DNA from: an uncultured bacterium
GTDB lineage: Bacteria > Chlamydiota > Chlamydiia > Chlamydiales > VFKH01
Assembly: GCA_964596685.1 (NCBI GenBank)
Contig: CAZQVA010000007.1
Coordinates: forward strand, 11,026 to 75,025
Length of the DNA stretch: 64,000 nt
Direction: 5' to 3'
Every line of letters begins with the position of its first letter. Within the stretch, counting starts at the first letter, position 1. Of the stretch, positions 9,310 to 16,897 are shown one piece after another. Both the position numbers and the translations under genes were made by a program. The notes beneath the pieces were generated by a model, which saw only the letters and a program-made list of their open reading frames with translations, ran no database searches and had not been told where the DNA came from.

Positions 9310-9772
9310 TTCAAAGTGTTAGTTAACTATTTAGAGCTAAAATGGAAGCTTTTCTTAAGGATTCACCAGACAACCTTCTGCCAAAAAATCCTTATTTTCC
9401 CCCTCTGTGCGCTCTGTGGGCTCTGTGGTAAATATTTTTATTTAAAACTTATGTTAATTATTTTGAACCACAGAGCCCACAGAGCGCACAGAGGGTACAT
9501 AAACTGTTATACATTATTCTGAATGAGAATTAATAGGGACTGGAGTGGGTATTAAAAGAATAGACTTCTTTCGAAATTATCTTTGATGGAAAAATTTACG
9601 GTTTTTACGCAGTTTGATCGCTAAATTTTGAGAGCATATGTGGACATATGGTCGATAAATTTAGGGATCAAGATGATAAAAAACGTAATTTTAATAACAA
9701 AGATAATTTCGAAAGAAGTCTAATATGAGTCTCTAGTTTTTCATCCTTCCTAACACTTTGAATTACACCCCA
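9300..9772. mobile_element. Family-B MITE-like element, copy B1 (carries a nested D element)
   Basis: Perfect 23-nt terminal inverted repeats TGGGGTGTAATTCAAAGTGTTAG / CTAACACTTTGAATTACACCCCA, flanked by ATGTG on both sides (9295-9299 and 9773-9777). Internal perfect 28-bp hairpin arms at 9401-9428 and 9468-9495. Homologous to 18396-18714 and 57468-57774. Confidence 0.8.
9561..9722. mobile_element. Family-D palindromic element, copy D1, nested inside B1
   Basis: Termini are TAGACTTCTTTCGAAA ... TTTCGAAAGAAGTCTA. Copies B2 and B3 read straight through the insertion point (AGAAGAATAYGAGTC), so they act as empty sites. Confidence 0.8.
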
Positions 9773-9818
9773 ATGTGCGTCAAAAGTAGAATTAATGTCG
9801 ATCTCACTTTAAACTATT

Positions 9819-9984
9819 GACTGGACTTTAGACAAAATCTAATGTTTTTAAAGCGGTAGCTCCAGAGTAGATTTGAGGCGGGGTGTCATCGTGCATAGCT
9901 TCAGCTATTCGCGATGATGCACCGCCTTAAAGATGCTCTAGAGATATCCCTGTAAAAATATTAGATTTTGTCTAAAGTCCAGTC
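9819..9984. mobile_element. Family-E palindromic element, copy E1
   Basis: 166 bp with termini GACTGGACTTTAGACAAAATCTAAT ... ATTAGATTTTGTCTAAAGTCCAGTC and long internal pairing. Second copy at 54973-55138. Ends 32 nt before the sctU start. Confidence 0.8.
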
Positions 9985-10016
9985 TTAAGTAGAGCTACGC
10001 TGTGAGTTAAAAAGAT

Positions 10017-11081
10017 ATGGGTGAAAAAACCGAACAGGCGACCCCGAAGAAGCTGCGCGATGCGCGGCGCAAGGGACAAGTCGCCAAATCAGAAGACTTT
10101 CCTTCAGCCATTACCTTTATTGCAGGAATTGGTCTAACACTTGGTACAGCAGATTATATCTATACCAAGATGGGCTCATACTTTGTTGCTGTCTTTCGTA
10201 TGAGTGCATCAACAGACATTCAAACCAAAATCGGTGGGCTCATGTCCAACGCTTTGACTGTCATCATCGCTGCCTCTTTACCAATTGCAGGCATCGTTGC
10301 GGCACTGGGCATCCTAACACGCTTTCTTATCACAGGCCCTGTTTTCTCCACAGAAGTGTTCAAACCAAACTTCAAGAAATTTAATCCCGTCGAAAACATT
10401 AAACAAAAATTTAAATTTCAAACTGTTTTTGAACTTCTTAAGTCGACGCTCAAGCTACTAATCGCAGGGATATTAATTTATTATACGATGAAAGAAGGCG
10501 TCAAAGAGATCATTCAGGTTGCTTCACTGCCGCTTATGGGCTCTGTTTTGCTCTTTAAAGAGCTTCTTATTCGCGTTGTCATTCGCGTAGGAATTTTTTT
10601 CATCATTGTGGCACTTTTTGACTTGATCTACCAAAAATTGAACTTTGCAAAACAGATGAAAATGGAAAAGTTCGAAATTAAGCAGGAATATAAAGATACA
10701 GAAGGAAACCCTGAGATCAAAAGTAAACGCCGCTCGATTGCACAAGAAATTGCCTACCAAGATCCTACTTCAGCGGTTAGACGTTCAAAAGCACTCATCA
10801 CTAACCCCACACACATTGCTATTGCCATTGGCTATGAACCAGAGCAGTATTCTGCCCCTTTTATTCTCGCCAAAGGGATGAACACATTGGCTGAAAGAAT
10901 GATTCAAGAAGCACTTACTTTTAATATTCCGATCATGCGCGATGTCCCCCTAGCAAGAAAACTCTTTGAAACTGGGCAGGTGATGCAATATATCCCAGAA
11001 GACACTTATGAAGCTGTTGCAGAGATCTTGCGCACAATCTTGGCGGAAGCCCCTGGAGAATTTAATCCCGAAACAAGTTGA
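10017..11081 (+). CDS. sctU: type III secretion export-switch protein SctU (CdsU/YscU/FlhB family)
   Basis: N-terminus MGEKTEQATPKKLRDARRKGQVAKS, four TM segments, and the autocleavage motif NPTH (LITNPTHIAIAI). Confidence 0.95.
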   Translation: MGEKTEQATPKKLRDARRKGQVAKSEDFPSAITFIAGIGLTLGTADYIYTKMGSYFVAVFRMSASTDIQTKIGGLMSNALTVIIAASLPIAGIVAALGILTRFLITGPVFSTEVFKPNFKKFNPVENIKQKFKFQTVFELLKSTLKLLIAGILIYYTMKEGVKEIIQVASLPLMGSVLLFKELLIRVVIRVGIFFIIVALFDLIYQKLNFAKQMKMEKFEIKQEYKDTEGNPEIKSKRRSIAQEIAYQDPTSAVRRSKALITNPTHIAIAIGYEPEQYSAPFILAKGMNTLAERMIQEALTFNIPIMRDVPLARKLFETGQVMQYIPEDTYEAVAEILRTILAEAPGEFNPETS

Positions 11082-11084
11082 ACT

Positions 11085-11247
11085 TATACCCATTTCACCT
11101 GAAGAATTGGTTTTAGACCGAGAGAAAGCCCCGGGCTCGAGCCATCAAAAAAGTCCCCATATTAGTAATATGAGGACTTTTTTGATGGCTCGATCGCGGG
11201 AGCTTTTTCTTCGGCCTAAAACCAATTCTTCAGGTGAAATGGGTATA
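11085..11247. mobile_element. Family-A palindromic element, copy A1 (between sctU and sctV)
   Basis: 163 bp with termini TATACCCATTTCACCTGAAGAATTGG ... CCAATTCTTCAGGTGAAATGGGTATA and nearly full-length arm pairing. GTTGAAC lies on both sides (11077-11083 and 11249-11255), offset by 1 nt from each end. Confidence 0.85.
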
Positions 11248-11338
11248 TGTTGAACCACTAAAAGAAAAAAATTGGCAGCGGAAAATGCTGCTTCTAGAGT
11301 AGATTATGAGTATGCACCCACAGGCAAGAAATTAAGAA

Positions 11339-13465
11339 ATGAGCGGAATTTTCAATAAAATTGGCACCTCTCTAGGCAATGAAAAGGCGCTCACAGCTAT
11401 TTCAAAATCAAGTGATTTGATACTAGCCGGCTGGATTGTGGCGATCATCACTATGATGATTATTCCTATTCCACCTGCCATCATCGACCTTGTTATTGCT
11501 TTTAACCTGACTGTGGCTATCGGCCTTCTGATGGTGGCTATTTACATCCCCAGTGCTTTGCAACTGTCGATGTTCCCATCACTATTATTGATCACTACAC
11601 TGTTTCGCCTTGGCGTCAACATCTCTTCAACGCGCCAAATTCTATTGCACGCCTATGCAGGGCATATCATTCAGACCTTTGGTAATTTCGTCGTGGGTGG
11701 TAACTTCGTCATCGGTGGTATCATCTTCGTCATTATCGTCGTTGTACAATTCATCGTTGTGACTAAAGGTGCTGAGCGCGTTGCTGAAGTAGCTGCTCGC
11801 TTCCGCTTGGACGCGATGCCAGGTAAGCAGATGAGTATCGACGCAGATATGCGTGCAGGAGTGCTCGACGCAACACAAGCGCGTGAAAAGCGCGCGCTCA
11901 TCCAGCGCGAAAGCGAAATGTATGGTGCGATGGATGGAGCGATGAAGTTCGTCAAAGGGGACGCGATTGCTGGAATGATCATTACCGTCGTCAACGTTAT
12001 TGGCGGGCTGATCATCGGAACTGCTATGCATGGAATGTCCACGATACAAGCAGCACGCGTATATTCTCTTTTGTCAATTGGTGACGGACTCGTTTCTATT
12101 ATCCCCTCTCTGCTCATCTCCGTTACAGCAGGTATCGTCACCACTCGCGTTTCAAGTGACCGCTCAGATAGCAACCTGGGTCGTGAAATCTCTACTCAGA
12201 TTTTTAAACAACCACGTGCGATTCTTATCGCTGCAGGCGTACTCGTTTTAATTGGAATCATCCCGGGATTTCCTACCACCGTGTTTTTCCTGTTAGCTAC
12301 GGTTTTGGGACTGGTGGGCTATAATTTGACGGTCAACCAAAAGCGCAAAGCTGCAAAATCGGGTGGACCAGAAGGCGGCATTGTAGCTACCGATGTAGAA
12401 GGTCATAGTGTGGTGACTCCAGGAAAAGAAGATTTTGCGCTCACACTTCCGGTCATCTTGGAGACAGGTAAAGGGATTTCAAAACTTGTTAATGAAAAAT
12501 CAGGACAAGTCTTTATTGATGAAATGATCCCGCGCATGCGTTTGGCCCTGTACCAAGATATGGGCGTCCGCTATCCCGGCGTACACGTACGCACAGATGC
12601 TCCTCACTTGGAAGCTGATGAATATCTCATCCTTTTGAATGAAGTACCGATTATTCGTGGTAAAATTTTTCTCGGATATATTTTGTGCAATGAATCTCAA
12701 GAGAACTTATTGCGCTATAATATCCCTGCAAAGACCTACCGAAATAATTTAGGTCTTCCAAATGTCTGGGTAGAAGAGCGCTATACCGAGATTGTAAAAA
12801 AAGCGGGCATCAAAATGTGGTCCCCTTTAGAGGTGCTCATCCTTCACCTCTCCTACTTCTTTAAGCACTATTCCAATGAATTTGTTGGGATCCAGGAAGT
12901 GCGCGCCATGTTGGAATTTATGGAAAAATCTTTTCCTGATCTCGTTAAAGAAGTCACACGCCTCGTTCCTCTTCAAAAACTTACGGAGATTTTTAAGCGT
13001 CTTGTACAAGAAGAGGTCTCCATCAAAGATTTGCGCACTATTTTAGAATCACTCAGTGAATGGGCACAAACAGAAAAAGATACCGTTCTTCTCACTGAGT
13101 ACATTCGCTCTTCACTAAAGCGTTATATCAGTTTCAAACACTCACAAGGTCAATCCACACTTTCTGTTTACCTACTCGATCCTGAAATCGAAGATATGGT
13201 CCGCGGAGCAATTAAGCAGACATCAGCTGGCTCTTACCTCGCCCTTGACCCTGATTCTGTGCAGTTAATTCTCCAAGCAATGCGCACAACGATTTCTCCA
13301 ACAACAGCAAGAGGACAACCTCCCGTACTCCTGACAGCAATTGACGTGCGTCGTTTTGTTCGTAAACTTGTTGAAATGGAATTCCCCAATGTCGCGGTTG
13401 TCTCCTACCAAGAGATTATCCCTGAAATTCGCATTCAACCGCTGGGGCGTATTCAAATAAGCTAA
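11339..13465 (+). CDS. sctV: type III secretion export gate SctV (CdsV/LcrD/FlhA family)
   Basis: 708 aa. N-terminal multi-TM domain with the FHIPEP motif RFRLDAMPGKQMSIDAD, and a large cytoplasmic C-terminal domain. Confidence 0.95.
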   Translation: MSGIFNKIGTSLGNEKALTAISKSSDLILAGWIVAIITMMIIPIPPAIIDLVIAFNLTVAIGLLMVAIYIPSALQLSMFPSLLLITTLFRLGVNISSTRQILLHAYAGHIIQTFGNFVVGGNFVIGGIIFVIIVVVQFIVVTKGAERVAEVAARFRLDAMPGKQMSIDADMRAGVLDATQAREKRALIQRESEMYGAMDGAMKFVKGDAIAGMIITVVNVIGGLIIGTAMHGMSTIQAARVYSLLSIGDGLVSIIPSLLISVTAGIVTTRVSSDRSDSNLGREISTQIFKQPRAILIAAGVLVLIGIIPGFPTTVFFLLATVLGLVGYNLTVNQKRKAAKSGGPEGGIVATDVEGHSVVTPGKEDFALTLPVILETGKGISKLVNEKSGQVFIDEMIPRMRLALYQDMGVRYPGVHVRTDAPHLEADEYLILLNEVPIIRGKIFLGYILCNESQENLLRYNIPAKTYRNNLGLPNVWVEERYTEIVKKAGIKMWSPLEVLILHLSYFFKHYSNEFVGIQEVRAMLEFMEKSFPDLVKEVTRLVPLQKLTEIFKRLVQEEVSIKDLRTILESLSEWAQTEKDTVLLTEYIRSSLKRYISFKHSQGQSTLSVYLLDPEIEDMVRGAIKQTSAGSYLALDPDSVQLILQAMRTTISPTTARGQPPVLLTAIDVRRFVRKLVEMEFPNVAVVSYQEIIPEIRIQPLGRIQIS

Positions 13466-13486
13466 TAGAAGGTGCTTTGAAAGTCC

Positions 13487-14656
13487 ATGTCAGATCATGT
13501 TAATCTTAACACAGCTGCCATCGAACGCAATCTTCAACAGCAAATGTCGCGCGAAAATGCCGCACAACAAGTTGCTAGTCAAGAAAGCCTAGACTCTTTG
13601 TGTGAAGAGATTATCAATCCTTGGGCTGCCAGTCAAGCCGACAAAGAACGTTTTCAAAAATCCCTACAAGAACGTAAGACACATTTCGCTAATGCCATAC
13701 AAAAAGCCAAAGGAGAAATAGCAGAAGGGTCAACTCCCCTAGAACAAGCTGCAGCCCAGTTTGAGGCAGCGCATCCCGAACTCAATGCGCGTTCTTTAGT
13801 GAATGCTTTTCTCGCTTTAAGTGACAAAGATTCCGATGCACAACTTTTACAGCAACTACAGGAAGCTTTTCCTGATGTTACGCTCACGGATGATGCCCTT
13901 GAATTTTGCTTACAGCATGCAAAAAGCCCTCTTTTGGAAAAATTGCAAGCCGCAAAAAGCCGTTTAGAGAAACAATTTACCCGTCAAATTGCTGCTGGAC
14001 GGAATGTGAGTCATGAAGCACAAACTTTTGCTCAGAAGGGAATCGGCTCACCAACCGCTTTAAGAGAACTTTATCGCGATATTACCGGTAATCCACGCGA
14101 AGCAACTCCCCTTTTTACAGAACTCTCACAAAAATACAACTTTGGGCAATTGAAAGCTGTCATTCAGTTTCTATTGCATGCTCTAGGGAGCGATCTGCGT
14201 TCAAAAGGCCCTTCTATACAACCCGCAGAATTAACACGTCTCTTTACAGAGGCACGTACTCTGCAAGCCATCTTTGGTGTATACCGCTTTTTTCAGTCGC
14301 GCATGTCTCTTTTGGGTAAAATGTTTGCCGCCCACAATCAACACGTCCCCTCTGCCATCACTTTTGAATCGATGGCGCGTGCATTTATGAAATTACTCGA
14401 TGATCGCTTTCCCAATGCATCAAAAGCTAGACAAAGCGCCCTTCAAATGGGTTTAAGAGATGAACTCGAATGTTTAATCGCTGTCATTTCACAATGGAGA
14501 GATGCCGTACATAATGTTTCAGTCCGCTTATATCGTTCAATTGCTCACCGCGATGAGTTACTCAATTCAATTATTGCCTGTCTTGAGGAATTAGAAGATG
14601 AAGCTGACGAAGAAGAGGATACTCCCAAAAAAGACAACCCCAAAGATGGAGGATAG
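13487..14656 (+). CDS. copN: T3SS gatekeeper, CopN/SctW (YopN-TyeA-like)
   Basis: 389-aa helical protein with an acidic tail. It sits between sctV and a SycE-like chaperone, as copN does in Chlamydia (cdsU-cdsV-copN-scc1-malQ). Confidence 0.65.
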   Translation: MSDHVNLNTAAIERNLQQQMSRENAAQQVASQESLDSLCEEIINPWAASQADKERFQKSLQERKTHFANAIQKAKGEIAEGSTPLEQAAAQFEAAHPELNARSLVNAFLALSDKDSDAQLLQQLQEAFPDVTLTDDALEFCLQHAKSPLLEKLQAAKSRLEKQFTRQIAAGRNVSHEAQTFAQKGIGSPTALRELYRDITGNPREATPLFTELSQKYNFGQLKAVIQFLLHALGSDLRSKGPSIQPAELTRLFTEARTLQAIFGVYRFFQSRMSLLGKMFAAHNQHVPSAITFESMARAFMKLLDDRFPNASKARQSALQMGLRDELECLIAVISQWRDAVHNVSVRLYRSIAHRDELLNSIIACLEELEDEADEEEDTPKKDNPKDGG

Positions 14657-14659
14657 GCG

Positions 14660-15103
14660 ATGATTGACCGCGTCTTACAAGACTTAGCTCTCTTCTTTCA
14701 CACGACTCTTACCATCGACGCGAATAATACGTGCCTTTTAGAAGTAGGTGATCTAAAAGTACATATAGAGGCGAATAAAGAAAGCACTTTCGTTATTGTT
14801 GGAATTCTTTTAGATGTCTTTTTACCACCAGGAGCCTTTCGAGAGCAGGTAGCTACTCTGGCTTTAAAATGGAATTTTGCTTATGGAGAACATGAAGGGA
14901 TCTTTGCCCTCGACTCTAGAAAAAATAGCTTAATTTTTTATGACCTCTTCCCTATTGACATGGAACCTGCAGCCCTGCATAAGGCCATCACATCAATGAT
15001 CGGACAGGCTGCGCCTTGGAAAGAGGCTCTTGCAAGAGATCATCTGCCCGATATCTCTTTGGCAAAAGTCACAACTGCACCTTCAATTTTTGGGTTAAGA
15101 TGA
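14660..15103 (+). CDS. scc1: T3SS class I chaperone (Scc1/SycE/CesT-like)
   Basis: 147 aa. Starts 3 nt after copN and overlaps malQ by ATGA. Size and position match chlamydial scc1. Confidence 0.6.
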   Translation: MIDRVLQDLALFFHTTLTIDANNTCLLEVGDLKVHIEANKESTFVIVGILLDVFLPPGAFREQVATLALKWNFAYGEHEGIFALDSRKNSLIFYDLFPIDMEPAALHKAITSMIGQAAPWKEALARDHLPDISLAKVTTAPSIFGLR

Positions 15104-16680
15104 CACACTCTTCTTTATTGCGTTCTCCCTCTGCAAATAATTGGCAACGCATCGGTATCAAGCATCATCATGGGATCAACATTCCTCTCTTTGCGCTTTA
15201 TTCTGCAAAAAGTGCGGGCGTAGGAGAAATTCCCGATCTCCTACCTGTCATCGACTGGGTAAAATCAGTCGGAATGGATGTCATTCAGCTACTGCCTATT
15301 AATGATACAGGCGCCGACGCCAGCCCCTATAATGCACGCTCTGCATTTGCTCTTAACCCAATTTTTTTAGGAATCGCTTCATTAGAAAATATTCCAGAAG
15401 AACTTCTCCCTGCTTTAAAAGAGCTCCAGGGGATGACAGGCAAGCGCCCTATCCCTTACGAAGAGATCAGACCGAAGAAAATTGCTTTCATTAGAGATTA
15501 CGTCACGGCACAGGCAGCCAATTTTCGCACGTCCGAGAGCTATCAAACGTTTTTACAGGAAAACACCTATTGGCTCAGTGGCTACGCACTTTTTTGCCTG
15601 CTCAAACGCCGATTTGATCAAAAACACCACTCTTTATGGCAACCCCCATTCTCTATACCGACGCCAAAAGTCATTGAAGAATGGTTAGCACAAGAGGCCG
15701 CAGAAGTTGAGATCATCTATATGATGCAATATCTCTTGTTTCAGCAGTTCACTGCAGTCAAAGCATACGCTGAAAAGCTAGGCGTCTTTATCATGGGAGA
15801 CATCCCTATTTTAATCAGTCCAGACAGTGCCGATGTATGGCAGTGGCCAGGGTTCTTTCACGATTTATTAAGCGCTGGAGCGCCCCCAGACATGTATGCA
15901 AAAGATGGTCAGAGCTGGGGATTTCCTCTTTACCACTGGAAAGCCCTCGAGCAAGTCGATTTTATCTGGTGGCGGCAGCGCCTTAAAACAGCTGAGCGTC
16001 TTTTTCATCTCTTCCGCATCGACCACGCTGTCGGATTTTTTCGCATATGGGCAGTTTTGCAGGGGAAAATCGCCAAGGAGGGAGCCTTTGTCCCCCATGA
16101 AGAAACATTTTGGAAGGATCACGGGACACGTCTCTTAAAAATGCTTATCGATAGTTGTGCGATGCTTCCCATTGCTGAAGATCTCGGTGTAGTCCCCCCC
16201 TTCGTGCGCGATGTCCTTGTCGACTTAGGGATCTGTGGTACACGGGTAATACGCTGGGAACGTTTGTGGAAACAATGGCCTGCTCCCTTTATCCCCTATG
16301 ATCAGTATCTTCCTGAAAGTCTAACAACTGTTTCTACCCACGATTCCTCACTTTTGCGCCAATGGTGGCAGGAGCAAAAAGACGAATCTCAAGCCTTCTG
16401 CGCATTTAAAAAATGGAATTGGCAAGAAAAACCGACGTTAGATCAAATCAAGACAATCCTTAAAGATTCACATCAAACGGCTAGTCTATTTCATGTCAAT
16501 TTATGGCATGAGTACTTCGCTCTTTTCCCTGAATTGCGATATGATAGAGTGGAAGATGATCGCATCAATCAACCAGGCGTCATCTCTGATCACAACTGGT
16601 CTTTTAGGTTTAAGTGCCCCCTTGAGGAGATTTGCCAATTCGCCCCCTTGCAAAATTTAGTCAGAGAATTACTCTCCTAA
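15100..16680 (+). CDS. malQ: 4-alpha-glucanotransferase (GH77 amylomaltase)
   Basis: N-terminal pattern GIKHHHGINIPLFALYS..SAGVGEIPDL..VIDWV...VIQLLPIND is typical of MalQ. I chose the start MTHSS (ATGA overlap with scc1), giving 526 aa. The ORF-track start at 15016 lies inside scc1. Confidence 0.9.
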   Translation: MTHSSLLRSPSANNWQRIGIKHHHGINIPLFALYSAKSAGVGEIPDLLPVIDWVKSVGMDVIQLLPINDTGADASPYNARSAFALNPIFLGIASLENIPEELLPALKELQGMTGKRPIPYEEIRPKKIAFIRDYVTAQAANFRTSESYQTFLQENTYWLSGYALFCLLKRRFDQKHHSLWQPPFSIPTPKVIEEWLAQEAAEVEIIYMMQYLLFQQFTAVKAYAEKLGVFIMGDIPILISPDSADVWQWPGFFHDLLSAGAPPDMYAKDGQSWGFPLYHWKALEQVDFIWWRQRLKTAERLFHLFRIDHAVGFFRIWAVLQGKIAKEGAFVPHEETFWKDHGTRLLKMLIDSCAMLPIAEDLGVVPPFVRDVLVDLGICGTRVIRWERLWKQWPAPFIPYDQYLPESLTTVSTHDSSLLRQWWQEQKDESQAFCAFKKWNWQEKPTLDQIKTILKDSHQTASLFHVNLWHEYFALFPELRYDRVEDDRINQPGVISDHNWSFRFKCPLEEICQFAPLQNLVRELLS

Positions 16681-16686
16681 CGACAC

Positions 16687-16850
16687 TATACCCATTTCAC
16701 CTGAAGAATTGGATTTTAGACCGAGAGAAAGCCCCGGGCTCGAGCCAGCAAAAAAGTTCCCATATTGGTAATATGAGGACTTTTTTGCTGGCTCGATCGC
16801 GGGAGCTTTTTCTTCGGCCTAAAACCAATTCTTCAGGTGAAATGGGTATA
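16687..16850. mobile_element. Family-A palindromic element, copy A2
   Basis: 164 bp, nearly identical to A1 and in the same orientation. Begins 6 nt after the malQ stop. Confidence 0.85.
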
Positions 16851-16897
16851 AACTTCCTTCGAAACCATCTTTCGATGGAAAAATTCGCGATTTTTAT
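16851..16897. repeat. Family-D half element (D4) abutting A2
   Basis: AACTTCCTTCGAAACCATCTTTCGATGGAAAAATTCGCGATTTTTA aligns with the left half of D1 (TAGACTTCTTTCGAAATTATCTTTGATGGAAAAATTTACGGTTTTTA). Confidence 0.65.

Noticed and set aside
9316-9522. 68-aa ORF in repeat B1 and its 78-aa counterpart at 57522-57758 in B3 (MLVNY.EL.W..FLRI.Q.TFCQK.LIFPLC.LCGLCG.YFY)
   Set aside because: The similarity only reflects DNA conservation of the repeat. The frame is broken in copy B2, the sequence is low-complexity and derived from the GCTCTGTGG repeats, and the ORF spans the hairpin loop. Most likely non-coding.
11008-11253. ORFs that read straight through family-A elements (11008-11253, 16632 onward, 29613-29933, 37614-37913), giving related peptides ending ..NSSGEMGI. 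This recalls in-frame Rickettsia palindromic elements.
   Set aside because: One open frame across a 165-nt AT-moderate repeat is not improbable. The entry frames differ between copies because of indels. In the one case inside a gene (A4), the host frame hits a stop. There is no evidence of translation.
11642-12174. Two long antisense ORFs (135 and 167 aa) inside sctV
   Set aside because: They lie entirely within the strongly conserved FHIPEP region of sctV on the opposite strand and have low-complexity, Asp/His- or Ile/Thr/Ala-rich translations. They are typical shadow ORFs.
15016-15099. Upstream extension of malQ (ORF-track start 15016)
   Set aside because: It overlaps scc1 by 88 nt in another frame. 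MalQ homology starts at MTHSS with an ATGA coupling overlap.
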